Source: Clostridia bacterium (GTDB taxonomy: Bacteria; Bacillota; Clostridia; Oscillospirales; RGIG577). Taken from it: 64,000 nt of DNA. The DNA lies in the NCBI GenBank assembly GCA_017513095.1, contig JAFWDJ010000022.1, positions 44,755 through 108,754 on the forward strand. The letters run 5' to 3'. Under the pieces are notes generated by a model. The model searched no databases. It saw only the letters and a list, made by a program, of their open reading frames with translations, and was not told the DNA's origin. How positions within the stretch are numbered: the stretch's first letter is position 1; each line of letters starts with the position of its first letter. The translations under genes and the position numbers were made by a program. Below, piece after piece: positions 27,311 to 37,252 of the stretch.

Positions 27311-27880
27311 TTAAAGCACGCCCTTGCTTGAAAGCGCGGCGCCGCCGTTTTTCTTTACGGCCTCGCGCAATGCGCGCGCGAGCGCCTTATAGAGCGCCTC
27401 CGTAGAGTGGTGCGCGTTGTCGCCGTATAAAAGCTTCGCGTGGAGCGTTATCCCTGCGTTTACGGCGAAGGCGCGGAAGAACTCGACGGTCATCTGCGTA
27501 TCGTAGTCGCCGCACATGGGCGCCTTGAACTCGGCGTCGAACACAAGGAACGGACGGTTCGAGATGTCGAGCGAAACGAAGGCCAGCGCCTCGTCCATCG
27601 GCACGTACGCCGTGCCGAAGCGCGCGATGCCCGACTTGTCGCCGAGCGCCTCTCGAAAAGCCTTGCCTATAACGATGCCGCAGTCCTCTATCGTGTGGTG
27701 GCAGTCGACATTTAAGTCGCCATTGCACGAAAGCGTCATATCGAAGCCGCCGTGAACGCACATCGCCGTGAGCATGTGGTCGAAAAAGCCAACGCCCGTC
27801 TCTGCGGAGCATTTGCCGCCGCCGTAGATATCAAGCGACAGTGAAATATCGGTCTCTTTCGTTTTTCTTTTTATGTCCAT
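27311..27880 (-). CDS. hisB: imidazoleglycerol-phosphate dehydratase
   Basis: 189 aa. Contains RKTKETDI...GVGFFDHML...DCHHTIED...NAHH.EA. Confidence 0.93.
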   Translation of the reverse strand: MDIKRKTKETDISLSLDIYGGGKCSAETGVGFFDHMLTAMCVHGGFDMTLSCNGDLNVDCHHTIEDCGIVIGKAFREALGDKSGIARFGTAYVPMDEALAFVSLDISNRPFLVFDAEFKAPMCGDYDTQMTVEFFRAFAVNAGITLHAKLLYGDNAHHSTEALYKALARALREAVKKNGGAALSSKGVL

Positions 27881-27881
27881 G

Positions 27882-28940
27882 TTAAATCTCCTTTAACACC
27901 TTTATAAATGCCGCAAGGAATTCATCGTTCTCCTCGCGGGTGCCGGCCGTAACGCGAAGGTATTCGCTACTCAGGCATCTTATTGCGATGCTCTCTTTTT
28001 TGAGCGCCGTAAATACCTTTACGGCATTTTCGCCGCGCATGAGCGCGAAGTTTGATACTGTGGGTATAAGCTCAAAGCCGCCCGCGGCGCAAAGCCCCGC
28101 AAGCTTCGATTCGAGATACTTTCTTTCGTTTACGATCGTCTCGGTCGTGGATTTGAGCTTCTCCGGGTCGGAGAGCACAACGCACGCCGCCGCCTGCGTG
28201 AGCGAATTTACGTTAAACGGCGACTTTACCTTGCGGATGACCGAGGTAAGCTCCGCGTTCGTCACGGCAAAGCCGAGACGCGCCGCCGCGAAGCCCGCCG
28301 CCTTCGAGGCCGTGCGAAGCACGATGAGATTGTCAAAGCTCCGGGTGTCGCGCACGACGGAATCGCCGTAAAAGTCCATGTAAGCCTCGTCTATGATGCA
28401 GAGCGCCGAAACGCTTTTTACGAGCTTTAATATCTCGTCGCGGCTGTACGCCTGTCCCAGCGGATTGCAGGGGTTTGAGAACATCACGGCGCGCGGCTTC
28501 TTTTCGTTTATATCGGCGATGAGCGCGTCGCACGGTATCTTATACATGCGCTCGGCGCGGTCGAACGATACAATTTCAAGCTCTTTAAGCTGCGCGTAGA
28601 ACTCGTACATCGAAAAATCGGGCGGAGTGATGTAAAGCCTGTCGCCGTGGGAGAAAAAGCCCTGTATTATCACGTTTATAAGCTCGTCCGAGCCGTTTCC
28701 GGGGGTGATAAGTTCGGGAGAAACGTCGATATACGCGGCGTATTTTTTTACCGCCTCCGTCGCGAGCGGGTCGGGATAGCGGTTAAAGCTTACCGCCGCG
28801 ACTGCCTCGGATATTTTTCTTTTCGTCTCCGCGTCGGGCAGAAACGGACTTTCGTTCGCGTCGAGGCGTATTTTATATACGTCCGTATTCGGCACGTATT
28901 CCTTCATTGCCGCCATGCGCGGCGAGATGTATTTATTCAA
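27882..28940 (-). CDS. hisC: histidinol-phosphate aminotransferase
   Basis: 352 aa class II aminotransferase. Contains LDANESP, NPCNPLG and RTASKA (PLP Lys). Confidence 0.9.
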   Translation of the reverse strand: MNKYISPRMAAMKEYVPNTDVYKIRLDANESPFLPDAETKRKISEAVAAVSFNRYPDPLATEAVKKYAAYIDVSPELITPGNGSDELINVIIQGFFSHGDRLYITPPDFSMYEFYAQLKELEIVSFDRAERMYKIPCDALIADINEKKPRAVMFSNPCNPLGQAYSRDEILKLVKSVSALCIIDEAYMDFYGDSVVRDTRSFDNLIVLRTASKAAGFAAARLGFAVTNAELTSVIRKVKSPFNVNSLTQAAACVVLSDPEKLKSTTETIVNERKYLESKLAGLCAAGGFELIPTVSNFALMRGENAVKVFTALKKESIAIRCLSSEYLRVTAGTREENDEFLAAFIKVLKEI

Positions 28941-30229
28941 AGACCTTTGTCCTCCTTCATTCTTATGGAAACGGAGCCCGCGTGGGCGTCGAAGCCCTCC
29001 GCCATGGCGAACGTTACCGTGTCGCGCGCGGCTTTTAAAAACGCCGCGTCGGAAAATTCGATATAATTTATCTTTTTTATAAAGCTGTCGACGTTTAAGC
29101 CCGAGAAAAAGCGCGCGCTGCCGCCCGTGGGCAGTACGTGGCTCGGTCCGGCGATGTAGTCGCCTATCGGCTCGGGCGTCATGGGGCCTAAGAACACCGC
29201 GCCCGCGTTTCTTATTCTGTCAAGGTATTTCGCGGCGTCCGAAAGCATGATTTCAAGATGCTCCGGCGCTATCTCGTTCGCAAGGTCTATGCAGTCGTCT
29301 ATGCTTTCGCATACGACTATGCGCGAATAATCGGAAAGCGAACGCTCTATCGTTTCCCTTCGGCTAAGGCGCGCCGTCTGGGCTTTTAGCTCACGCTTTA
29401 CCTTTTTTGCGAAATCCTCCGACAGGCACAAAAGTATGGCCGAGGCCATAACGTCGTGCTCCGCCTGCGAAAGCATATCCGCCGCGGCGTGCGCGGGATT
29501 CGCGCCGTCGTCGGCTATTACCATGACCTCCGACGGACCGGCTATCATATCAATGTCGACTACGCCGTATAAAAGGCGCTTGGCCGTTGCGACGTAGATG
29601 TTGCCGGGGCCCACTATCTTGTCGGCGCGCGGTATCGACTCTGTGCCGTACGCGGCCGCAGCCACGCCCTGCGCGCCGCCCGCCTTGTATATCTTTTTTA
29701 CGCCGGCGATTTTCGCCGCCGCGAGGATATTCGGATTTAACGTGCCGTCCTTTCCGGGCGGCGTGATTATGAACACCTCGGATACGCCCGCAACGAGCGC
29801 GGGCACCGCGTTCATGAGCACCGACGAGGGATACGCCGCGCGTCCGCCGGGAACGTAGAGCGCCGCTCTTTTAAGCGGGATTATCCGCTGTCCCATGCGT
29901 GCGCCGTCCTTTTCGGACTCCCACGATGCGCGAAGCTGCTTTTTATGAAAGTCGTAAATGTTTCGCGCCGACTTTTCCATCGCGCGTATAAGCGCGGGAT
30001 CGGCCGACTTATACGCCGCCTCGATCTCTTCCTCAGAGACCTCGAAATCGTCCACCGAAACGCCGTCGAACTTTTTTGTATAATGTCTTACGGCCTCGTC
30101 GCCGCCGTTTTTTACGTCCTCTGTTATCTTTGCGACCGCGGCCGTTATTTGTTCGTCGGCCTGTGCGTTTCGTCCGCGCACAAGCATTATTATCTCGTCT
30201 TCGTTCGAGCTGTCTATTATCCTTATCAT
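28937..30229 (-). CDS. hisD: histidinol dehydrogenase
   Basis: 430 aa. Contains GGAQGVAA, IDMIAGPSEV and QAEHD. Confidence 0.93.
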   Translation of the reverse strand: MIRIIDSSNEDEIIMLVRGRNAQADEQITAAVAKITEDVKNGGDEAVRHYTKKFDGVSVDDFEVSEEEIEAAYKSADPALIRAMEKSARNIYDFHKKQLRASWESEKDGARMGQRIIPLKRAALYVPGGRAAYPSSVLMNAVPALVAGVSEVFIITPPGKDGTLNPNILAAAKIAGVKKIYKAGGAQGVAAAAYGTESIPRADKIVGPGNIYVATAKRLLYGVVDIDMIAGPSEVMVIADDGANPAHAAADMLSQAEHDVMASAILLCLSEDFAKKVKRELKAQTARLSRRETIERSLSDYSRIVVCESIDDCIDLANEIAPEHLEIMLSDAAKYLDRIRNAGAVFLGPMTPEPIGDYIAGPSHVLPTGGSARFFSGLNVDSFIKKINYIEFSDAAFLKAARDTVTFAMAEGFDAHAGSVSIRMKEDKGL

Positions 30230-30244
30230 AGGAAAGTTCTCCTT

Positions 30245-30865
30245 TTAAAGCGCGGTCTTGACAAGCGACGTAAGCTCCGTCACTTCGTCCTTTTTAAGCT
30301 TCATGCTTACGGTGTTCACGATAAGGCGCGCGGAAATGTCGTACATGCGCTCAAGCACGACAAGCCCGTTCTCCTTTAAGGTGGAGCCCGTTTCCACGAT
30401 ATCGACTATCGCGTCTGAAAGCTCCAAAAGGGGAGCAAGCTCAACGGAGCCTTCTATCTTTATTATATCGACGTCCAGGTTTCGCTCGTTGAAATAGCGC
30501 TTTGCCACGTTGGGATATTTCGACGCTATTTTTATCTGGCGGTAGTCGGAGTAAAGCTGGGTGTCAGGCAGGCCCGCAACGCAGAAGGAGCATACGCCCG
30601 TCTTAAAGTCGAGCACCTCGTAAAACGAGCCGCCGTTCTCCATTATCGTATCCTTGCCCACGATGCCCGCGTCGCATACGCCGTGCTCGACGTACGTGAT
30701 GACGTCGGGAGCCTTCGCCAGCACGAATTCATAATCGCCCGCCTGTATGATGAGCTTTCGGCCTTTTTCGATAAGCGGGGTCATATCGAGCCCCGCGCGG
30801 GACAGAAGCTTTACTATATCCTTTTCAACGCGCCCCTTCGTAAGGGCGATACGCAGCTTACTCAT
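30245..30865 (-). CDS. hisG: ATP phosphoribosyltransferase, short form
   Basis: The second ATG (30865) follows GGAGG and gives MSKLRIALTKGR. The short form is consistent with the adjacent hisZ. It overlaps the hisZ stop. Confidence 0.9.
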   Translation of the reverse strand: MSKLRIALTKGRVEKDIVKLLSRAGLDMTPLIEKGRKLIIQAGDYEFVLAKAPDVITYVEHGVCDAGIVGKDTIMENGGSFYEVLDFKTGVCSFCVAGLPDTQLYSDYRQIKIASKYPNVAKRYFNERNLDVDIIKIEGSVELAPLLELSDAIVDIVETGSTLKENGLVVLERMYDISARLIVNTVSMKLKKDEVTELTSLVKTAL

Positions 30866-32060
30866 CCTTGCCGCCTCCGAATTCATAGATTTCCGACTTG
30901 CCGTCGGATATAAACACCACGCGGGAAAACGCGCCGCTCTTTGCCTTATTTATAGCCTCGGAAAGTGAATCAAAAAGGCTCATTTCGGCGGGAACGCCCG
31001 CCTCGAAGAGAGAAGAGAGCTCCTCTTCGCCGCGCTTAAAATCCTCAGCCGCGTGACAGTGCACCAAAACGCGCCCCGCGCTCTTTTGGGGAGCGTTCTT
31101 CTTTAAGGCTATGGCTATGCTGTCAACGTCTATCGCAAATCCCGTGGAGGGAAGACCCGCGCCGAACGCCTCCGAAAGCGTATCGTATCGTCCGCCCGAG
31201 AGCACGACGTCGCCGAGCCCCTTTAGGTATCCTCTGAACACAAGACCCGTGTAGTAATCTATCGCGTGCACGAGACCCAAATCTATCGAAAGATATTTTT
31301 CATAGCCGAGCGAGCATAAAAGGTCGTATACCTCCTTTAAATGGAGGATTACAGCCTTCGCGTCGCTGTTGGGCGCGAGACTTAAGGCCTCGTCGAGCAC
31401 TTCCTTGCCGCCGAAGAGCGTGGGCAGACTGCCCATCGCGCGCCTGTCGCCTATGGCGTGGCGCTCCACAAGGTCCGAAAGCTGGGCGAAATCCTTACGC
31501 TCAACGAGCGTGCGCGCGCGGTCGGAAAGCTCCTTTGAATCAAACGAGCATTCGGCGAGCGCCTTGAAGTATCCTATGTGGCCGAGCTCGATTTTAAAGC
31601 CGTCGAGCCCGAGCGCAAGAAAGCTTTCGATGGCCGTTACAATGACCTCAACGTCGGCGCGGAAGCCGCCCGCGCCCACTATCTCAACGCCGCACTGCGT
31701 TATCTCGTCGCGGCGCGCGTTTAGGGCCTTGTTTCGCCTGAATACCTGCTGGCAGTACCAAAGGCGGTACGGCATGAGCTGCGGATCGAGCTTGCCCGCG
31801 CATACGCGCAGTATAGGCGCGGTAACGTCGGGACGAAGAGACAGTATGCGTCCCTGCGCGTCGAACAGGTTGTACATCGACTCCTGCGGCAGCTGCGACG
31901 CGGAAAATACGTCGTAAAACTCGAGCGTCGGAGTTGTTATCTCGCAAAAACCGCGCCTTGTAAAGGCGGTCTTTAGCTGTTCTTCTATGTTTCGTTTCAA
32001 TGACGCCTCGCCGGGAAGCATATCGAACATTCCCACGGGCGTTATCTTGTTGTTTCTCAT
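30858..32060 (-). CDS. hisZ: ATP phosphoribosyltransferase regulatory subunit (HisRS paralog)
   Basis: 400 aa, class II aaRS-like core (GMFDMLP...RLWYCQQVFR...GGRYD), first gene of the his operon. Confidence 0.88.
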   Translation of the reverse strand: MRNNKITPVGMFDMLPGEASLKRNIEEQLKTAFTRRGFCEITTPTLEFYDVFSASQLPQESMYNLFDAQGRILSLRPDVTAPILRVCAGKLDPQLMPYRLWYCQQVFRRNKALNARRDEITQCGVEIVGAGGFRADVEVIVTAIESFLALGLDGFKIELGHIGYFKALAECSFDSKELSDRARTLVERKDFAQLSDLVERHAIGDRRAMGSLPTLFGGKEVLDEALSLAPNSDAKAVILHLKEVYDLLCSLGYEKYLSIDLGLVHAIDYYTGLVFRGYLKGLGDVVLSGGRYDTLSEAFGAGLPSTGFAIDVDSIAIALKKNAPQKSAGRVLVHCHAAEDFKRGEEELSSLFEAGVPAEMSLFDSLSEAINKAKSGAFSRVVFISDGKSEIYEFGGGKDE

Positions 32061-32165
32061 AATGGCATTCCTTCCCTGCTTTATTACTTTACTATATTAC
32101 AGTAATAAAACAACCGTGTCAAGACCCGAATTTATAAATATCGCCGTATTTATAAAAGGCTTTCC

Positions 32166-32194
32166 TTGACATCGGTCAAAGTCATTCATATACT
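32166..32194 (+). promoter_or_regulatory. sigma-70-type promoter for coaX
   Basis: TTGACA, a 17-nt spacer, then TATACT, in the divergent hisZ/coaX intergenic region. Confidence 0.55.
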
Positions 32195-32274
32195 TAATAT
32201 ATAATAATGTATAATTATGAATATTGCAAATCTTTTTATTGCAAAGCATATACTTGAAAGGGGGCAGCGCGTCA

Positions 32275-33075
32275 ATGGTTTTAGCTATCGATATAGGCAA
32301 TACGAATATTGTTATGGGCGCCATCTCCGAGGAAAACGGGCGGCGCAGGATTCATTTCACGTCGCGCATATCTACCGACAAAAGCAAGACCGCGGATCAG
32401 CACGCGGTTGAGGTAAAGGATATATTTCATATGTACGGGCTCGACGTTTCCGCGCTCGACGGCGCGATAATCGCGTCCGTTGTGCCGTCCCTGTCCTTTG
32501 TTTTCGCAAGCGCGATAGAGCGCGTTATAGGAATTAAGCCCATGATGGTGGAGCCGGGCATGAAAACGGGCCTCGATATAAAAATAGACAACCCCGCCCA
32601 GCTCGGAAGCGACATCGTTGTGTCGTGCGTCGCCGCGATAGAAAAATACCCAACGCCGATGTGCGTTATAGACCTGGGCACGGCCACTACGATGACGGTT
32701 GTGGACAACAAGAACGCGATACTCGGCTGCCTTATTATCCCCGGTATAAGGATATCGCTCGAGGCGCTTCGCACGAACACGTCGCAGCTTCAGGACATAA
32801 GCCTCGACGCGCCTAAGAACCTCATAGGAAAGAATACGACGGACAGCATGAAGTCGGGGCTTATCATCGGAAACGCGGTCATGTTCGACGGCGTGCTCGA
32901 CCGCATAGAAAAACAGCTCGGGCGCGAGCTTACGGCCGTTGCGACGGGCGACCCGGCGCAGTTCGTCATCCCGCACTGCATGAGGGACATAAAGATAGAC
33001 GATAATCTGATGATGGACGGGTTATATATACTATATAAGAAGAACGCCGACATAAAAGCAGGTAAGCACAAATAA
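32275..33075 (+). CDS. coaX: type III pantothenate kinase
   Basis: The ATG at 32275 follows AAAGGGGG. Contains MVLAIDIGNTN and DLGTATT. Confidence 0.9.
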   Translation: MVLAIDIGNTNIVMGAISEENGRRRIHFTSRISTDKSKTADQHAVEVKDIFHMYGLDVSALDGAIIASVVPSLSFVFASAIERVIGIKPMMVEPGMKTGLDIKIDNPAQLGSDIVVSCVAAIEKYPTPMCVIDLGTATTMTVVDNKNAILGCLIIPGIRISLEALRTNTSQLQDISLDAPKNLIGKNTTDSMKSGLIIGNAVMFDGVLDRIEKQLGRELTAVATGDPAQFVIPHCMRDIKIDDNLMMDGLYILYKKNADIKAGKHK

Positions 33076-33076
33076 T

Positions 33077-33104
33077 AAAAAACGCCGGAAAATCCGGCGT
33101 TTTT
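33077..33104 (+). terminator. rho-independent terminator after coaX
   Basis: Stem ACGCCGGA/TCCGGCGT flanked by AAAAA and TTTT. Confidence 0.7.
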
Positions 33105-33110
33105 AAGTCT

Positions 33111-33327
33111 GTCAAAAAAGGGCCAGACCGCCGAAAAGAGTACAATAATAAAGCGAAAGAAGTCAGAAAGCAATTTATAGGCATGAGTTTTTCATACTCA
33201 CTGTTACAAATCGGCTTTTGCGCCGTAACCTTTGGTTTACGGCGTTTTCGGCTATGTGCCGATTGCCTCGCTACCGTATTTAATACGCCGACGCTCGGCA
33301 ATCGACAATTCTGACCTCTTTTTTGAC
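33111..33327 (+). repeat. ~217-bp intergenic repeat element, copy B
   Basis: See copy A. It has the same orientation, the same length, and conserved ends and hairpins. Confidence 0.85.
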
Positions 33328-33340
33328 ACCCTGTCGCCCC

Positions 33341-33700
33341 CTACGACGTATAATCCTCCGCGAAGCGGGCGGCCTCCTCCTTTGAGTAGAGCGCGACGCC
33401 CGAGGCGAACATCTCGCGGTCGGCGGGCGGCAGCGTTCTTACGTTCACGTCGAGCACGCGCGCCACCTCGCCCGTTTCGGGCCATATGAGGCAGAGCCTG
33501 CCGTCCCTTATAACGGCGGTCTGATAAGCCGCCGACGCGTCCGCGTCCGACGAGACCGAAACTACGCTCTCAGACGGCGCGCTTTCGTATACGCGGCGCG
33601 TATCGGGCGATGAGGGCGCGCCGCCTGATACGGGAAAGAGCGCCCAGATAAGCGAAAGGCATAAAACTGCGGGCAGGATGAGCATAAGCGGTCTGTTCAT
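33341..33700 (-). CDS. small secreted/membrane-anchored hypothetical protein
   Basis: The ATG at 33700 follows GAGGTG. It has an N-terminal signal/anchor MNRPLMLILPAVLCLSLIWALFP. No family recognised. Confidence 0.6.
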   Translation of the reverse strand: MNRPLMLILPAVLCLSLIWALFPVSGGAPSSPDTRRVYESAPSESVVSVSSDADASAAYQTAVIRDGRLCLIWPETGEVARVLDVNVRTLPPADREMFASGVALYSKEEAARFAEDYTS

Positions 33701-33747
33701 TGGCGGCACCTCGCGTTTCTATTTTATACGGATATTGTGACGCCGAT

Positions 33748-33776
33748 TTGACAAAATTATTCCCGGGTAATATAAT
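33748..33776 (+). promoter_or_regulatory. consensus sigma-70 promoter upstream of the PBP gene
   Basis: Perfect TTGACA, a 17-nt spacer, then a perfect TATAAT. Confidence 0.7.
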
Positions 33777-33893
33777 AAACTATAAATATATTTTTACCTA
33801 AAAGGGCGGCGGAACGAAACCGCCGCAGGGACAGTCTAATCAACGTCCGAAACGATATCTTTTTTTGCGTTTTTTAAAATGCGGAGGAAGCAA

Positions 33894-36230
33894 ATGAAAA
33901 AATTTCTTAGATTTCTTATCAACGTGGCGATCGTGCTCATATTGGTTATAGTGATATGCGTGGTCGCTCTGTTTGTGTACGCAAACAATTTCAAGGACGA
34001 CGCGTTTATCGACGACATCGACAATCTCACGATGAATCTTGCCACGGTAATATACGCCTACGACGACAATCTGGGGGATTACGTCGAGATAGAGCGTCTT
34101 CACAGCGGCGAGAACCGCATCTGGGTCGACTACGACGAGATACCGAAAGACCTTGTCGACGCTTTTGTCGCGATAGAGGACAAGCGCTTCTGGAAGCATC
34201 ACGGCGTTGACTGGAAGCGCACGATAGGCGCCGTTGCGGGCTTTGTATCCGGCAACGACAATTACGGCGGCTCCACGATAACCCAGCAGTTCATAAAGAA
34301 TATAACGGGCGACAACTCGCACAAGCCAAGCAGAAAGATACGCGAGATAGTGCGGGCGACGCAGCTTGAGAACAGGCTTGAAAAAGAACAGATAATGGAG
34401 CTGTATTTAAACACGCTCTACGTCGGACAGAATTATTACGGCGTTCAGGCCGCCTCACAGGGGTATTTCGGCAAGGACGTAAGTGAGCTTACGCTGGCCG
34501 AATGCGCCTCCATCGCGGGCATTACGAACAAGCCGACAAAGTACAATCCGTTCTTAAATTACGACAACAACGTCGAGCGCCAGAGAATAATTCTGGGCGA
34601 GATGTACGACCAGGGCATGATAACGAGGGAGGAGTACGACGCCGCGCTTGCCGAGCCGCTCGTTTTAAGCTCCGGCACGCAGGAGACGCAAGCCTCGAGC
34701 TATCAGTCGTACTACGTCGATCAGGTCATAGCCTCCGTGCTTGAGGACCTTCAGGAGCAGAAGGGCTATTCGCGCGCCGCGGCCACGAATCTTCTCTATT
34801 CCGGCGGTCTTAAGATTTACTGCATGATGGACTTCAACGTTCAGGCGGCCGTTGACTCCGTTTTCGCGGACACCTCGAACTTCCCCAACTTAGGCGGCGA
34901 GGTGCAGCCCGAGGCTGCGATTGCGATAATCGATCCGACGAACGGCGACGTAGTTGCGATGTACGGCGGCAGAGGCCCCAAGACGGCCGACCGCGTACTT
35001 AACCGCGCCGTGCAGACGACGCGTTCACCCGGCTCGTCGATAAAGCCGATAGCCGTATACGCTCCCGCAATAGAGAGCAGGGCGATAACCGAGGCGTCCG
35101 TATTTGACGACACGCCGCTTTACGAGGAGTATCCGAAGAACTACTACGACCATTACAAGGGCCTCGTTACAGTAAAATACGCGGTGGAGCAGTCGATAAA
35201 CACCGTTCCGATAAAGATAGTAAATCAGATGGGCGCGGAGGTATCGTGGAACTTCCTTAGAAACAATCTCCACGTGACGAGCATAGTCGACGCCGACAAG
35301 GACTTAGCTCCCATGGCGCTCGGCGGCCTTACAAAGGGCATATCCGTGCTTGAGCTTGCGGCGGCCTACGTTCCGTTCGACAACGACGGCATATACAACA
35401 AGCCGAGGATATATTCGCAGGTAGTCGACGCGAAGGACAACGTGATACTCGAATGCGCGAAGGAATCGTCCGTTGCGATGAGCTCCGAAACGGCGTTCAT
35501 AATGAACGATATGCTTCAGGGCGTCGTTACCTCGGGTACCGGCGCGGCCGCGAGACTTAAGGGCGGCGCGCAGCCCGTGGCCGGCAAGACGGGCACCACC
35601 GACGACGACTTCGACCGCTGGTTCGTCGGATATACGCCGTATTACGTCGGCGCCGTGTGGTTCGGCTACGACCAGCCGAAATCCGTATCGGGCGTTACGT
35701 CCAATCCGGCGCTGCAGCTCTGGCGCAAGGTAATGGAGAACGTTCACGCAAATCTTGAGGTGAGATACTTCCCGACCGAGCATCCGAAGGTCGTATCGGG
35801 CTATTACTGCAAGGACAGCGGACTTGCGCCCGGCTCCTACTGCAAGCTCGATTACCGCGGCGGCCGCGTGGGAACTGCACTTTATATAGAGGGCACGCAG
35901 CCCACTCAGACGTGCGACGTTCATTATCTCGTAACTATGGACAAGATGACGCATCAGATAGCAACGCCGTACTGCCCGAGCGGAAACCTCATATCGGTGT
36001 CGCTTCTCAATATATCGCGCCCGACTTACGTAAATACGCTTGACAGCGCGTACGTCGTAAGGGTCGGCTCGGGAGGCAAGATAATCTACGCCTCGTCGGG
36101 ACTTTCCTCGCTGTGCAGCGCCCACTCGTATCACGAGCCGGAGCCCGTGCCGAACGAGCCCGTCACGGATTACCCGGAGACGAGCGGCGACGATTATTCA
36201 GCCGACATATCGGAGTATATACTTGATTAA
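33894..36230 (+). CDS. class A penicillin-binding protein (transglycosylase + transpeptidase, PBP1A-type)
   Basis: The ATG at 33894 follows GGAGGA. It has an N-terminal TM segment. GT51 motifs are EDKRFWKHHG, GGSTITQQ and RKIRE. Transpeptidase motifs are SPGSSIKP (SxxK), SIN and KTGTT. Confidence 0.93.
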   Translation: MKKFLRFLINVAIVLILVIVICVVALFVYANNFKDDAFIDDIDNLTMNLATVIYAYDDNLGDYVEIERLHSGENRIWVDYDEIPKDLVDAFVAIEDKRFWKHHGVDWKRTIGAVAGFVSGNDNYGGSTITQQFIKNITGDNSHKPSRKIREIVRATQLENRLEKEQIMELYLNTLYVGQNYYGVQAASQGYFGKDVSELTLAECASIAGITNKPTKYNPFLNYDNNVERQRIILGEMYDQGMITREEYDAALAEPLVLSSGTQETQASSYQSYYVDQVIASVLEDLQEQKGYSRAAATNLLYSGGLKIYCMMDFNVQAAVDSVFADTSNFPNLGGEVQPEAAIAIIDPTNGDVVAMYGGRGPKTADRVLNRAVQTTRSPGSSIKPIAVYAPAIESRAITEASVFDDTPLYEEYPKNYYDHYKGLVTVKYAVEQSINTVPIKIVNQMGAEVSWNFLRNNLHVTSIVDADKDLAPMALGGLTKGISVLELAAAYVPFDNDGIYNKPRIYSQVVDAKDNVILECAKESSVAMSSETAFIMNDMLQGVVTSGTGAAARLKGGAQPVAGKTGTTDDDFDRWFVGYTPYYVGAVWFGYDQPKSVSGVTSNPALQLWRKVMENVHANLEVRYFPTEHPKVVSGYYCKDSGLAPGSYCKLDYRGGRVGTALYIEGTQPTQTCDVHYLVTMDKMTHQIATPYCPSGNLISVSLLNISRPTYVNTLDSAYVVRVGSGGKIIYASSGLSSLCSAHSYHEPEPVPNEPVTDYPETSGDDYSADISEYILD

Positions 36231-36232
36231 AC

Positions 36233-36270
36233 AAAAAGCGGACGCGAAGAAAACCTTCGCGTCCGCTTTG
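36233..36270. terminator. bidirectional terminator between convergent genes
   Basis: 12-bp stem GCGGACGCGAAG/CTTCGCGTCCGC with a 5-nt loop, flanked by an A-run upstream and a T-run downstream. Confidence 0.75.
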
Positions 36271-36282
36271 ATATCGCGTGAT

Positions 36283-37035
36283 TTATACGTATCTCGTTTC
36301 GGGAGCGGGACGAATTATCTTGTTTACGTACGCCTCGTTGCCCCTGTAGCCTACCGACATCATCATGTACATCTTTTCGTCGGGCGCAAGGCCAACTATC
36401 TCCTTCATTTCGTCGGAAACGAAGTAGAGGCTTACGAGTATGCCGTTATAGCATGCGCCGAGTCCCAGCGGCTCTGCCGCAAGGTCGAGCGCACATGCCG
36501 CGATGGCCGCGTTGTGGCCGCCCAGGTTCTTATTTCCCACGATGCAGATAACGTGCGGCGCGCCCATCGTTATGCCCTCGCGCTTGTTCGGAGCCGACTT
36601 CTTTATGTAGTCGTTTGAAAGCGGCACGGCGCGCTGAGCCGCGGCTTCAAGCTTCGCAGTCGTTTCGGGATTTGTGATTATGTACTTCACACCCTGCTGG
36701 TTCGAGCCGGTGGGAGCCTGATTTGCAAGGAAAACAAGGCGTTCGAGCGTCTTATGGTCAACGGGATCGCTCTTGTAATGTCTTATGCTGCGTCTTGAAT
36801 AGATGAGCTTTTCGTAATCCTTTTCCGTGGCAAATTCTATTTTGTCGCCGATGGACGCCTTCTTCCAGTCGTACTCTATCGCGCCGAACGCACATGCGCC
36901 CCCGCAGTGTCCGCATTCAAAGCAGTCGCTGTCGTCGCATTCGGCAACGCCGTCCTTTAAGGTGAACAGATACTTCGTGCAGGCCTGTACGCACATGCCG
37001 CACCCCACGCATTTGTCCTTGTTTACTTTTGTCAT
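36283..37035 (-). CDS. nitroreductase family protein with N-terminal 2x[4Fe-4S] ferredoxin domain
   Basis: 250 aa. Contains CVGCGMCVQACT and CFECGHCGGACAFGAI, followed by a nitroreductase fold (RRSIRHY). Confidence 0.85.
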   Translation of the reverse strand: MTKVNKDKCVGCGMCVQACTKYLFTLKDGVAECDDSDCFECGHCGGACAFGAIEYDWKKASIGDKIEFATEKDYEKLIYSRRSIRHYKSDPVDHKTLERLVFLANQAPTGSNQQGVKYIITNPETTAKLEAAAQRAVPLSNDYIKKSAPNKREGITMGAPHVICIVGNKNLGGHNAAIAACALDLAAEPLGLGACYNGILVSLYFVSDEMKEIVGLAPDEKMYMMMSVGYRGNEAYVNKIIRPAPETRYV

Positions 37036-37252
37036 GGTGATATACCCCCCTGAAGCGTTATATAAATATGGTTTGCAGTTATTTTACCATGAAATTTTTA
37101 GCATTTAAATACTTTTCATAAGAATTATACAAAAAAGAATTTGAGAAGAGAAAAATATTTCTTATTATTTTTTAAAATTTTTTGTCAACGCGTGTAAAAA
37201 TACATAGATATGTGTTATAATAATCTTTAAATAAAGTGAGGTATTGTGACAA

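Noticed and set aside
32061-32274. A T-box or attenuator leader upstream of hisZ.
   Set aside because: The divergent intergenic region is only ~210 nt and AT-rich. It has no specifier or T-box sequence (AGAGA..GGUGGNACCGCG) and no His-codon leader peptide.
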